DNA of 64,000 nucleotides from the human T2T-CHM13v2.0 reference genome, Homo sapiens: NCBI RefSeq assembly GCF_009914755.1, contig NC_060935.1; one strand, given 5' to 3'. The position numbers and the translations under genes were made by a program. The notes under the pieces were generated by a model, which worked only from the letters and a program-made list of their open reading frames with translations, had not been told where the DNA came from and did not search any database. Shown one piece after another: positions 1-17,829 of the stretch (its first letter is position 1; each line of letters begins with the position of its first letter).

Positions 1-2
1 GG

Positions 3-281
<279 letters not shown>

Positions 282-728
282 TGATCCACCTGCCTCAGCC
301 TCCCAAACTGCTGGGATTACAGGCGTGAGCCACCACACCCAGCTAAATCTTAATTCTTAACTTTCTACGAATACAGTATTATGAACAACCAAGAACAGTA
401 GGTTGTGTCTTTACTTTCTTACAATCCTTCACAGTGTTTAACAGAGTACCCTGATTATGGTAAGCACCTGATGTATTTATAAAGAAACAATAAGCAAAAA
501 GTTGGAGAACACAAAAACTTAGAACAGAGCATACATATTTGTTTTTTGGTTTTGAAACAGTGTCTTGCTCTGTTGTCCAGGCTGGAGTATAGTGGTGAAA
601 TCAGAGCTCACAGCAGCCTTGAGCACCCAGGCTCAAGTGATCCTCCCATTTCAGCCTCCCGAGTAGTTGGGACAACAGGTACATGCAATAACACCTGGCT
701 AATTAAAAAAAAAAATTTTTTTGTATAG

Positions 729-857
<129 letters not shown>

Positions 858-2792
858 TAAGATAAGAGAGGTTTTTGAAAGAAGTACTGGTAGAACTGAC
901 ATAGAGAAAAACAATTCAAGGGCTCAATGGCTTTACTCAGAATTCAATTGAAAGAAAACCTGCTCTAATACACTCACATGGGCATGCCAATAAAAATATT
1001 TCTATTGTCCAATGGTCCAAGTAAAAAGATGTCCTAAAATCACAATTGCAGCTGCTCTTCAAAAAGGGTACTTGGGTCAGGTGAGATAGCTCATGCCTGT
1101 AATCCCAGCACTTTGGGAGGCCGAGTTAGGCAGATCACTTGAGGCCAGGAGTTCAAGACCATCCTGGCCAACATGGTGAAACCTAGTCTCTACTAAAAAT
1201 ACAAAAATTAGCCAGGCGTGGAGGTGCATGCCTATAATCCCAGCTACTTGGGAAGCTGAGGCAGGAGAATCGTTTGAACTCAGGAGTTGCAGTGAGCCAA
1301 GATCGTGCCACTGCACTCCAGCCTGGGCGACACAGCGAGACACCACCTCAAAAAACAAAACCAAACAAAAACCAAAAATTAGCTGAGCATGGTGGCATGT
1401 GCCTGTAGTCCCAGCTACTCAGAAGGCTGAGGTGGGAGTATCACTTGAGCTGGGGGAGATCAAGGCTGCTGTGAGCCGTGATTGAGCCACTGCACTCAAG
1501 CCCGGGCAACAAAGTGAGACCCTGTCTCAAAAAAAAAAAAGTAAATTAAAGGATAGTTGCACATGAACAAATCTTAAAACATAGACTGTTATATTCCTCC
1601 CTTACTAGCTCACTCTCTTTTGTATTTACTACCAATAGCAACAGTGACCATTGTCCCCATCTTTCTTCTCTTAGTATTAAGCCTCACAGGCAAGTTGTCA
1701 TTTGGTTAGCAATCTTTCTTTTTAAAAAGGTCTTGCTCATTTTATTGGCCAGGCACGGTGGCTCACACCTGTAATCGAGCACTTTGGGAAGCCGAGGCGG
1801 GCAGATAACGAGGTCAGGAGAGGGAGACCATCCTGGCTAACATGGTGAAACCCCGTCTCTACTAAAAATACAAAAAAATTAGCCGGGCATGGTGGTGGGC
1901 GCCTGTAGTCCCAGCTACTCAGGAGGCTGAGGCAGAAGAATGGCATGAACCTGGGAGGCAGAGCTTGCAGTGACCTGACATTGTGCCACTGCACTCCAGC
2001 CTGGGCGACAAAGTGAGACTCCATCTCAAAAAAAAAAAAAAAGTCTTGTTCATTTTATTTTGTTAACTATTACTTGGATTCATTACATATCTTTTTTTCT
2101 TATTTTTTTGAGACAGGGTCTTGCTCTGTCACCCAGGCTGGAGAGCAGTGGTGCGATCCCCGCTTACTGCAACCTCCGCCCTCCCAGATTCAAGGATTCT
2201 CCTGCTTCAGCCACCCGAGCTGCTGGGATAACAAGCATGTGTCATGATGCCCATATAATTTTTGTATTTTTGGTAGAGATGGGATTTCACCATGTTGGCC
2301 AAGCTGGTCTCGAATTCCTGGCCTTAAGTGATCTGCCCTCCTTGGCCTGCCAAAGTGCTGGGATTACAGGCATTGAGCCACCATGCCTGGCCCCATTACA
2401 TATCTTTATTGTATCATTTCATTGTTTCTCTAAATTATTATACAATTTGTAGCAGTGTAGAAGAAATGTAATTTATATAAACACTGTATTACTGTTTATT
2501 ACACACAAATATACCCACTAATAAATGTTTAAGTATTGAATACTTAGGAATCCATGACTGTGGATGCAATATAGATTCTATTTTAAGTCATCATCCAATG
2601 TGTTTTTCAGGAACAGACTGCATTCAATGAATGAAGAAAAGTTTTATCTTACTATTGTAAATCATTTTATCTAATTAGATGGCAAATCATAACATCTTAT
2701 GTTGGCAATGGTTTTGAAATGAAACCAAAATTACCATCAATCTTAAGTATAAGTAACACACACGCACCCATGCACACCCCAACCACCCATAC

Positions 2793-2880
2793 CGGAAGTC
2801 CTAGGAATTCATCAATTGAAGTCTCTGGCTCCGTAGGGTTGTTATCTGTTTGCTTAGGTACTTGGGCAATATTGTTATCA
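2793..2880 (-). CDS. NPAT: NPAT exon 10 (DNNIAQVPKQTDNNPTEPETSIDEFLGLP); gene continues left of the window
   Basis: aacag| after an 83-nt intron; |gtatgg donor; 88 nt (cumulative 906). Confidence 0.95.
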
Positions 2881-2963
2881 CTGTTAATAAAGAAAGAAAA
2901 ATCTTTATTATAGTTATGCAATTAGGCAAAAACAATTAGGCATTTTAAACATATATAGCTTAC

Positions 2964-3055
2964 CTAGTTAAAAATTTATTTATGTTTTCTGCTAGCTTTT
3001 CTTGAAGAGATTTGTTGCTTAGTATTTTTTCTCGTGCATTTTCAATAACCATTTG
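2964..3055 (-). CDS. NPAT: NPAT exon 9 (QMVIENAREKILSNKSLQEKLAENINKFLTS)
   Basis: ttccag| and |gtaagc; 92 nt (cumulative 818). Confidence 0.95.
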
Positions 3056-3503
3056 CTGGAAAAGAAAGCCACTGTTAGCAAAAGGACAATAAAGAGTATT
3101 CTGCTATTTAATATTTATAAGAAAAGAACAAACCGATAAGAGCTGGATAGTTTTAATAAACCTAAATGGAAACTCAGAAGTTGTGATGGCTCCCTCCATA
3201 TTAATACCTGAATACAACACTTCATAATTTGCAAATGTTTTCACAGATCTTTCACCAACTCTTTCTTATACAGTTCCACACTCATCATCAAACCCCAGTA
3301 AATGCCCTATTTTTACAGTGTCGCTCTATAGCCCAGCCTGGAGTACAGTGGCACAATCTCAGTTCACTGCAACCTCCACCTCGCAGTTCAAGCAATTCTT
3401 GTGCCTTAGCCTCCTGAATAGTAGCTGGGATTACGGGCGTGTGCCATCACACCCAGCTAATTTTTGTATTTTTAGTAGAGACAGTTGTCCAGGCTGGTCT
3501 TGA

Positions 3504-3737
<234 letters not shown>

Positions 3738-4042
3738 TAGCTAATATTTGTATTTTTTGTAGAGAGGGGGTTTTACCATGTTGCCCAGGTTGGTCTTGAA
3801 TTCCTGAGCTCAAGCAATCTGCCCACCTCAGCTTCCCAAAGTGCTGGGATTACAGGTGTTTGCCATAGCACCTGGCCAGTATTTTATTAAATGATCCAAC
3901 AACAACAATGTATTTACAGATATCTATAAACTTACTCCTGTTTCTTTATTTGATACATACACACATACATACATTTGTGTATATATCTGTATTTTTAAAC
4001 TCAGGAATATTTTAAGTTGCAAAGTTTGGCAGAGTCACTTAC

Positions 4043-4130
4043 TTTTTCTACTGCAAAAGCGTTTGGATCTTGGAAATTCCGTATTGTTGAATGAGGGCCA
4101 GACAAAGTGGTACTTTTTCTCTGAGATTCA
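4043..4130 (-). CDS. NPAT: NPAT exon 8 (ESQRKSTTLSGPHSTIRNFQDPNAFAVEK)
   Basis: tttcag| and |gtaagt; 88 nt (cumulative 726). Confidence 0.95.
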
Positions 4131-4235
4131 CTGAAACACATTTTAAAAGCTTTTCTTTTAACCACTATATTTAACAGATTTAAAGATAAATACATATACA
4201 GACATAAATTTTAAGATCACCATAACAGAACAGAT

Positions 4236-4465
4236 ACAGTTGTCCCTGTATCTGCAGGGGGCTAGTTTCAGGACCCCCAAGGATATCAAAATCCACATGT
4301 ACTCAAGTCCTACAGTCTGCACTAGGAAGCCCATGTATTCAAAAAGTCAGCACACTGCATATAGGCAGGTTTTACTACTAAATTTTTAATCTGTGTTCGG
4401 TTGAAAAAAACTTGAGTATAAATGAACCCATGCAGTTGAAACCCATGTTATTCAAGGTCAACTAT
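4236..4465. mobile_element. MER2-type Tigger MITE
   Basis: TA-CAGTTGTCCCT...AAGGTCAACTA-TA ends and typical MER2 interior. Confidence 0.7.
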
Positions 4466-4728
4466 ATTTTCTCTATTTGTGTTAGGAACAAAGGGAAGTA
4501 CAAAAAGTATTAGTAGTCTTGAATTCAAAAAAATGAGTTTGAAGTCTAGCTTTACCACTTACTACCTATGGTCTGAAGCACAGCAAGCTCTGACTCTCTA
4601 ACCTACTTTATAATGACCAACTGCATTATTGGGTTTACTAAAGAATGGAATGAAATAAAGTATATATAAAGACTTTATTTAAAAAGTCAAGGTTCCTATA
4701 AATGTTAAATATTAATGTTGCTCTTTTA

Positions 4729-4845
<117 letters not shown>

Positions 4846-5658
4846 CTACAAAAAATAAAAAAATTAGCTGGGTGTGGCGGCATGTGCCTGTGCTGCTGGC
4901 TACTGGGGAGGCTAAGGTGGGAGGATCTTCTGAGCCCACAAGTTCGAGGCTGCAGTGAGTTATGATTGTACCACTATACTCTAACCTGGTCAAGACAGCA
5001 AGGCCCTATCTCTAAAAATAAAAAAATGGATATTGCTGTTTGTTATTTTATATGGTGAAGTGAGAAAGGCTCCAATAAAGGAGGCTAACTAAGGTCAGTC
5101 TTGAATGAAAGACAACCAAAAGTAAAAACTCTAACAAAAATACCCAGGGCTTGGGAGCTAAGAAACTAGAATAAACATTTTAAAACTATTATCTCTTTCA
5201 AAAAATATCCTTCAAACAAAGACACACTTTTCTCAAAAGTGTTTTGAGAAAAACACTTTTCTCAAAGATTGTGCCTGGAAAAATTCCATCAATTGATCTT
5301 AGGACTTTAAATGTGTGTGGAGCATAGAACATAACTGTATTATTTACATTCAGTTAAAAAACATGGATTGCAAAAAATCTCAGATAACATCATTTGTAAG
5401 ATATACCATTATTTTATATACCATTACAGAATAAACATATTTCCCATGAAACAGTGATATGCCATTAATTGAGAGATGCAACCCAATTTCAGGCAGGTTA
5501 AAATGTGAAGAAAGACAATGTATTTTGGAATAGTTCTAATATAGATCAGAACATAATCTGGTCCTATTAGTTTATTCACAATGTAAGTATCCTGATGTAA
5601 TTCTTTTTTTTTTTTTTTAATGGATACGGGTAACTTGTCTCTTTTAAAAAGCATTTAC

Positions 5659-5740
5659 CTTTTGCGTCTACCGGGAGACATTAAACTGGCATGTGCTTTC
5701 TTTTCCTGAGCACCAGGAATGACATTTAAAGCTTCTCCAG
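5659..5740 (-). CDS. NPAT: NPAT exon 7 (TGEALNVIPGAQEKKAHASLMSPGRRKS)
   Basis: tacag| and |gtaaat; 82 nt (cumulative 638). Confidence 0.94.
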
Positions 5741-6666
5741 CTGTATTTCAAGAAAACATAACAGTAAGCCAAAGAAACTGAATAGTTTTCTAAACTTGTA
5801 ATGGGATAAAAAGCATTAGTGATTATTATTTTACATTAAATTCAATTAACATGTACTGAGTGCCTACCATGTGTAAAGCATGGTAAAAGACACTAAGATT
5901 AATAAAATACAGTCTTTATGCCTTAAGGTTTTACAATAAAATCCAAAGTACAATATAGTCTCAACAAAAAATAATACAGTAGAATGGAAAAAGTCTAAGA
6001 AGTATAAACTAAGCATTCTGGGTGTAGAAAAGGATTTGGAAAAGGTGAAAATGAGGGAGATCTTGATGGCAACAAATTTTAGCTGCACAGAAAGATAATT
6101 GGTTTGTGAACTGAGAGTGCTAACTCCTGAATTCTAATCCCAACTCTGTTATTAACTAGCTTCTTATCCCTTAACTACCATGTGTTTTCAGAAGTTTCAA
6201 GTATGCAACAAATAAGATATACCACACACTCTCTAAGGATATTCCTAACTCTAAGGTTCAGCCAGGCATATGTAGGATTTCTAACATGTAAAGATAGAGA
6301 AGTAGAAAGGCATTCCTCATTCCAGGAGGACAGACTGACATCAACAAAGGCAAGGAAGTAGAAAATATAATGTACATTCCATTTAAAATCAAATACAACA
6401 GCGTCTTTTTCTCTTAATGCCAAAAATTGAGAATTAGAGAGTTGAAGACTTCAATTAGCGTAGAAATAGGAAGAACCCTAGATTAAAATGCCTTAAAGAT
6501 TTTATATGCTTATAGCAAATCTAGAAGTCTGTTCCACTTTTAGTCTCTCTCATCTTTTATGGGGGGGGCCATAATTTTACACTATGAGTATAAAGACATT
6601 AGTATATTATCTCATTCATACAATTTGATTAACAACAAAATTTAAGAGAACAAAATGTAAACTTAC

Positions 6667-6891
6667 TGGTTACAGTATCTTGTGACTGTGAGTGGTTGAC
6701 CACTACAAAATATGACCTCGATGGATCTGAAATTTGGCCACTTGGTCGAGTAACCTGTGTACCTGTGGAAGGAGGAGTGGTAAACTGTCCTGAAAGGTAA
6801 GGTAAAGTGAGCAACTCTGCACTGGCTGGAGCTGTTTGAGATGCAAGCTTTCTCTGCCGTTTGATTTCTGCAATTCCAGTTCTCGTTCGGG
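6667..6891 (-). CDS. NPAT: NPAT exon 6 (ARTRTGIAEIKRQRK...QSQDTVT)
   Basis: tttcag| and |gtaagt; 225 nt (cumulative 556); inside ORF 6629..7027. Confidence 0.96.
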
Positions 6892-7149
6892 CTGAAACAT
6901 ATAAGCATTTAAAAAACAAATTCAACGTCAGGGTAGTTTGGGAATTGTAAGAAGTCAATATGATGCAACCTATTATATAACAACGTGTTACATCCACAGA
7001 TTGAAGAATGATTCCTAAATATATCAACTAAATTTATGCGACTTTCAGAAGAAACTAAAATGAATACAATCAAGCTTTATAAATCCAAGATTATATTTGT
7101 TCTGCAGTAATTAATATTGATAACACCATGAATTAAGAAACCTGAACTT

Positions 7150-7480
<331 letters not shown>

Positions 7481-7575
7481 TTAAAACATTCTACATGAGT
7501 CAATGTGAAATGTAGGGAGTATTTACAAAATATTTTAATGATAAATGAAAATATTAATTAACATAACTGTACTTA

Positions 7576-7929
<354 letters not shown>

Positions 7930-8017
7930 TTAGCACATGTGTACAATGAATTAAAATGTTCATCTGATAGTTTAAGTTTGAAGTAATTGTGAACATTGTT
8001 TAAAGTTGGATACCAAC

Positions 8018-8058
8018 CTCTCTGACTGCCAGCAAACCTTGGGGAACTTTGCATGCTC
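8018..8058 (-). CDS. NPAT: NPAT exon 5 (SMQSSPRFAGSQR)
   Basis: gttag| and |gttggt; 41 nt (cumulative 331); frame fits neighbours. Confidence 0.93.
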
Positions 8059-9675
8059 CTAACAAAGAAAACAAAGTAGTTATCCATCAAAAAATGTTTG
8101 TTGCTGACATCCACTATGATTTAGTTACAGTCAGACCTCAAGTTAGTTATGAGGTAAAAGGCAAAAAATCTCTCTCAGACAAAAAAGACAAACACACACA
8201 TTTTTTGGGTAAGCAACTGTGATTTGCTTTAGGAGAAAAATAGTGGCATGTAGACACACTCACAACACACATAATTTTCATTAAGAAGTTTCTATCCAAT
8301 GTAATAATGCATTAGAGTGCCTTGACATTACGTTAAGAATGCAATCTGGGCTGGGTATGGTGGTTCATGCCTGCAATCCCAGCACCCTGGGGGGCTGAGG
8401 TGAGAGGATCACTTGAGGCCGAGAGTTCATGAACAGCCTGAGCAACATAGCAAGACTCTGTCTCTATAAAATGAAATAAAAATTAGCCAGGTGGCATGTG
8501 CCAGTAGTCCTAGGTACTTGGGAGGCTGAGGTGGGAGAAACTTTTGAGCTCAGGCGTTCAAGGCTACAAGAGCTATGATCACACCACCGCATTCCAGCTT
8601 GGGTAACAGAGTGAGACCCTACCTCTTAAAAAAATGAAAAGAAGATAATTTAACTTTAGAAACTCTACATATTAACATTTTTGAGTAAGAATATACAAAG
8701 TATACATTTTTTATTATCTTTCACAATTATAGAGATGCCTTCCCACAGAGAAATTCTGATTTCACATGACTCCATATATAAATACTTCAGAATCCCCAAG
8801 TTGATGTCAGAGGACATCCAGCTTTTATAAAATTTATGACTATGAAATTATTTTATTGTACCTCTAAAGAAGATGCCAACAAACATGGAAAAATTCACAG
8901 TACAAGTTAATTCTTTTAGTATGAATTAGAGTGGCCCACCCCTTTATTCGATAAAGTCACAGACACGGTGCCATTATCATAAAAAATATGTCAAGTAAGT
9001 CTCCAACAAGATCCACAAAACTCGAGTCAGGAAAGAGAAATATAAAGATAAGACTACCAAGTAAGATGTGGTCCAGAGTTAAGAAGAAAGCATTTGGAGC
9101 CATTTTAGCAGGTTAAGCAGAGGAAGAAAATGAAACCCATGCTGAAGTTAGGTGGGGTAGTCACTTATAGCTCTGAAAGAAAGGTTAAGAGACTATGGTT
9201 TTCATAACAAATTCTATAGTCAAATATGAGATTTTCATAAAATTGATAACAGAAGATTTCAGAATTAGCATTATTCTTCAAGCTTTTTTCTTTACAAGTT
9301 AAGAAACCAAGTGGGCATGGGTTCAACGCATCAATTCTGTGAATATGTAATAAAGAGACAGTTGCCTAAGGGAATTCACAGTGGCCTGGGATTAGGTGAT
9401 TTGTATTCTAACAATATATCTGCCTTTAAATTGCTATGGAAACTTGGAAATGTCATTAAACTACTACATATCTTAGTTTTCTAAATATTTTATTAAAAGT
9501 ATGCTATTTATTTCAAATTATGTCAGTCAGTAACCTCCACAGTACCAGCAACCTCTAGAGTAATTTCAAAACTGGATGAGTGTTATATAAGTACACTGTG
9601 TAGGTCTTAAGAAGATTTAAACCCAAAGTGTATTTGCATTCCAAAATCATTAGGCACATTCTAATAGCTTATTAC

Positions 9676-9748
9676 CTGATCTGAGAAAGTGTATGGTCCA
9701 ATTTCTTCCATAGAGATGACATTATTGCTGGGACATTATTTGATGTTT
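9676..9748 (-). CDS. NPAT: NPAT exon 4 (ETSNNVPAIMSSLWKKLDHTLSQIR)
   Basis: tttag| and |gtaat; 73 nt (cumulative 290). Confidence 0.95.
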
Positions 9749-10250
9749 CTAAATCATAGGAGAAAAGGTTCTTAATAAACCCAGCTGAAGAAATTTCATC
9801 ATTCATTCTGAACAAAGACACACAAAAAACCTTGTCTCTCAATTATTGACAGTATGTTGGAAAATGAGAAATAAATCTATGTTGTAAAATAGCTTGCAAA
9901 GCTATAATGCGGTTGCTTTCTCTTCTAAAGCCACTGAGTATCAGATACAATATGAGTAGAAATGGACATCTGTAAAATCTCTGAAGCATTTTTTGGCCAA
10001 TAATTTTACACCTTCATTTTATTAAAAAAAGGAGAAACAATTTTTTGATCTTTGTTCTATCTGATATCATGTGACATATGAAAGTGAATTAAAGTAATCT
10101 GTCTTATAATAATTATCATAAAGGTTATGCAAATTCCTTATAAGTGTGGAAATTTAATCCTCAATTTTCTCATATTTAAAAATGGCTTTAAACAATCTCT
10201 CTCACTGGGTTATTCTAAAGACTAAATGAGAGGCCGGGCATGGTGGCTCA

Positions 10251-10595
<345 letters not shown>

Positions 10596-11122
10596 TCAAA
10601 AAATGTCAAGCTTCTTTTCCTTTGTTATCATCTTATGCGAATTCTTTAGTGCTAATTGTTTTGTTAATGTTGTAAGCTATTGAAAATAATCAATATTAGA
10701 GAATAAGCAGTCAAAACTTTCCCTCTAAAACATCCTTAATTTAGGCAAGTAGAATTTTATATTCTAGTAACTATAAGCCAGTGTATGACTGGCTTCTGTG
10801 TTCAGACTTAGACTACATAGAATTAAAATTAAAATGTCAGTTTAAAACTTTTTAACACATAGTGATGTCTGTTTATCAGTGTAGATAACACAGAGGTAAG
10901 AGTTTTATTTTACATATTTTTTAAAGGTAGTTTTTGGGTTATTTTTGCTAACATAAAGATTGTTGCAATTTATGTACCACTCAATGTAAACACAAACAAA
11001 TGGCTGGGGGCAGTGGCTCACACCTGTAATCCCAGCACTTTGGGAGGCCGAGGTGGGTGGATCACCTGAGGTCGGGAGTTCGAGACCAGCCTGACCAACA
11101 TGGAGAAACCCTGGCTCTACTA

Positions 11123-11281
<159 letters not shown>

Positions 11282-11514
11282 TCAAAAAAAACCAAAAAAA
11301 CAAAAAACAACAACCAAAAAAACAAAACAAAACAAAAAACCAAAACCCACAAACAAATTAGATGTGTCCCAGAAAAATTTATCTCATTACAACAGGGACA
11401 AGTTTTTTCAAGGCTTTTATGAGACATTAATAACCTTTAGAAATCATTTTTAACTAAATCAAGTAGATAAATATTGTATACATCAGCAAAAAAACTCCAA
11501 ATCAGAACTCTTAC

Positions 11515-11575
11515 CTTTTGTTTTCATAGCTACATACTCATTTAAAATTGTTGTCAAGTTTTTTCCAAATAAGGA
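11515..11575 (-). CDS. NPAT: NPAT exon 3 (SLFGKNLTTILNEYVAMKTK)
   Basis: ttcag| and |gtaag; 61 nt (cumulative 217). Confidence 0.95.
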
Positions 11576-11749
11576 CTGAAAAGAAAAAGATCAAATATTA
11601 CCAAAATTGTATAATACTACCAATAATTTCTCACAAGAAAAGATTCTACCATTCAACTTAATAAAAGATCTGACTGCAGAGTAGCGATGAGGAAAGGGTA
11701 AAGAAGCAGGTAATCGAAAATGAAAATAGCCACTGAAATTAGGGTTTGC

Positions 11750-14380
<2,631 letters not shown>

Positions 14381-14854
14381 TAGCCTTTAAGGAGCCATGA
14401 TTAAAATAAAATGGCAAACACCATGTGAAATGATGTAGTTCTGGAAGGTATCCACTATGTACCAAATGATGGTTTGTTGGTCTAGTGATATTTAACAAAA
14501 GAGATGACAATAATATATCAAAATATCTGTTTTATATTTGTCTAAAAGGAGCAGCCAGATACAGGTCAGGAAGAAAAAAAAAGGCTTGGAGACAGCAGCA
14601 GCGAAACTAATCAGAAACGAGGGTGTCATTTTGAAACTAACTCTCGGAGTCAAAGTTGTAATTCATTTAATAGTTTTGGCATAAATTTGTAAAAAGAAAA
14701 GCTGGTCTTCTTTGGGTCTTACCAGTCATGCATGAATATAAACCACCAAATTTCTGCCAATTTCAATTTTTTTTTTCTGATAAGCTGATTTTATGACTAT
14801 GTTTTTAGTCTCTTGTGTTGATGAAATATTTCCCTTAAGGAACAAATAACTCAC

Positions 14855-14973
14855 CAGTAAGCAGGCTGGAATAAACCCTTCATCTGTACAATGTTCTGCA
14901 TATTCTTTTAAATCTGAACTTTCCAAAATAAAAGTCTGGCAGGTAGAAATGAGGTTTTCTTGCTGTAAGTAAC
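14855..14973 (-). CDS. NPAT: NPAT exon 2 (GYLQQENLISTCQTFILESSDLKEYAEHCTDEGFIPACLL)
   Basis: tttag| acceptor, |gtgagt donor, 119 nt, in frame with exon 1 (cumulative 156). Confidence 0.96.
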
Positions 14974-16032
14974 CTAAATAAAAAATAAAAGTTTAGGTAC
15001 TTATACTAAATTCTGTACTTTTGGTTAAAACTGCTATTGAAAATGCTGTAGCATGTACTGATGTCACAATTGAAACCTTAGGTGGAATGCTCTAGTGTTT
15101 GGCAGCCTTGAACAGAAACACCAGGTTGTGCTGCAATACAAAGTACAGTTCATAGAACAGGTGGCCCTTTCACAAGAAACAATTCTAGCTAAACTAGTAA
15201 AATAAAGTGTTTAACAAAGTATAATTACTTCACAGTACTTACAGGAGAACCAATAAATTAATGATAAATAACTATGTCCCTCTACTGCATAACTTCCATA
15301 AAGACCAAGTCAGTTGATGGTATAAATTCACTTACTGCGTTATCAGAAAACTATGTTCTCACAACACTGCTATGTATTTGTATACTTCATTTATTTGCCA
15401 AATGATTTATAAAAAGAATGAACAGAAGACCTACTCTGCATGAAAGTTGAGACAGGAACTCCCTTAATTCTTAATTTATGCCCTTTGGGAATCAAAGCAT
15501 TATCAATTCCAACAAGAACATCAACCTTAACTAGTGAAGGAAGGCTAAGGCAGAGTGGGTCAACTGCTTGGCTGAACTAAAGCATGCCCCAAAGCACACA
15601 CAGACCCCCTTGGCAAACAATGGGATATTAATTTGCTCCCAGTAGTTAAGGAAATCATCATCCAATCAGAGTATCAACTCTTCACAGAATATAGACTGCA
15701 TAAAATTAGTTCAGCAAACTCACTAGACAAACAGCAACAGCTAAGACAACAACAAACATGGAAGAAGAAAAATCTAATCCCAAGAGTTGTCACATTATAT
15801 TATTTAAAACATCCTATTTTCCACAAAATATTATGAGATATGCAGAGAAATAAGGAAGTATGGATCATACAGAGTCAAAAAACCAAAAATCTGCCTAGGG
15901 AAATCCAGACATTAGACTTGAGACTTTAAATAAGCAATTTTAAATAAGTTGGAAAAACTAAAGGAATCCACGTCTAGAAAATTATGAGAATAATCTCTCA
16001 CAACATAGAAAATATGAATAAAGAAATACAGT

Positions 16033-17035
16033 TGATAAGAGCAGGAGACAAACTCCCAAGCAGACAGGGGTAGGGTACCCGGTGAAACCCGACAACTTTC
16101 AAGCCAAAGACAGTCTGAAGCCTGAAAACTGGACTGCCAGTTCTGTGTAGAGCCCATGACCAGAGTGAGAACTTCCTAGATGTCTTTTAGCCAATCAAAT
16201 GGTGCTTTTTCCAGGTTCACCCATGGACCAATCAGCCTGCACTCTGAGCCCATAAAAACCTCCATTCTGAGCCCATGAAAACCTCAGACTCAACCACACA
16301 TGGGGACTACCTGCCTTTGGAATCCCCTCTCACATGGAGCTCTACTCACGTTGGGTCCCCTCTCGTGTCGAGAGCTGTTTTGTTGCTCAAGAAAACCCTC
16401 TTCCACCTTGCTCACTCCCCAGTGTCCACATAACCTCATTCTTCTTAAACGCAGGACAAGATCTCAGAACCTGCTGAATGGTGGGTGTGAAAGGAACTCT
16501 TAACATTGTAGCCCTTCAGCCCTCCGCTGGCACTGGGCAGCTACCCAACAGGAAGCAGGAGTGGGGCTGGGCCAGCCCAGGACTGAAGCAGACTGAAGCA
16601 GGGTAGAGGGACGGAATGAGCTGTAACACAAACGAGCTGAAACATGCGCTCCCCTGCCACCTCCGTTTGCCATGCTGTGGGCGGTGGGAAGGAGACAGAG
16701 TTGTAACGGTCCTTGGGGGCTCAGACCTCAGAACTCCCTGGGCAACAGCTGGGGCTCTGTGGTTGCTGGTATCTCCAAGTTTTTGGGCGCTGCTGTGTCA
16801 CCCTCACCCAGACGCCGGCTCCCAAGGTGGAAGACAATCATGGCACAACTGGACCAGCTGCGGGGCTTAATGCAGAGCTGCAGTGGGCATGGAATCCGGG
16901 CCAGAAGCAGTCTGCTGGGTCAAGTGGGCAGAGAGGGCCCAGCAATGAGCCTAGAGGCGAGCGAGGCCCAGGCAGGCGCGCCACAGGCCACAGAGATGCT
17001 GGACAGCATAGCGGCACTGAATGGATCCTGTGTCA
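16033..17035 (+). repeat. 5' LTR of provirus (LTR27/LTR28/MER52-related)
   Basis: TG...CA ends; CCAAT at 16191 and 16228; CATAAAAA at 16251; followed by PBS. Confidence 0.85.
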
Positions 17036-17039
17036 TTTC

Positions 17040-17057
17040 TGGAGGCTTGTCTGGGAT
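17040..17057 (+). promoter_or_regulatory. Primer binding site complementary to tRNA-Pro
   Basis: TGGAGGCTTGTCTGGGAT vs TGGGGGCTCGTCCGGGAT, 15/18 identical. Confidence 0.82.
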
Positions 17058-17829
17058 CTGTGCAAGGGTAAGAGTGGACCTCTTACACTTTCATTTCTGA
17101 GGCTTCTTGCCTTCACATTTTTTTTCCAAAAACGGATGAAGCACTGGGCCTCTGTCAGCCAGTTAAGAGCGAATGGCACAGCTGCAAAGGACAGGCTTGC
17201 TGGGGAAGATTTTGTCAAGCCTCTGCCATCACCCTCGGGTACTGGGAATGTTGGCTTTGTTTCAATCCAGTCTCCCTTCACAGAGGTCTAGCCAATGCAT
17301 AGGATCGGAATAAGGTCCTCGGGCAACTGAAGGCATCTGGCTGAGGCTACACCTCAGTGTTACCTGAAGGCTCCTGGACTGGCCCCAATCCCCAACAGCC
17401 CGTTCGGGTGTCAGTCAAGACCTCCAGTCTTTCCTATAGCATTTTCTTTCTCTCTTCCTGGCTCCTATCTCTTCTTCATACACAACGTTAAGGGTGTTGC
17501 TGCAAACCACAGTGATAATATTATTGAGTGGAATGAGCATTTTGCTTAGTCATCAGCAGTGTAATTCAGAACAACTTGGTTTTTGTCTGTTCTTAGAAGC
17601 AAGAAGGATGCAATGACTGAGAGTTTTCTTTCCCCTGTTGAAGGAATCCATTTGCATTGGGCAAGAGGTTATTTCCCTCAGGCAACTTCCCCTACCTGCG
17701 TTTAAGTTGTTTCCGCCCCCGCAATCATGTCAGGAGTCAGCACAGTCCTATGACTACAGGGAGCTTTGCTATGTAAGAGACTGATTTTTTTCCCTCTTGG
17801 GAGGCAACTTATTAGGCCAGGCCTCCCCT

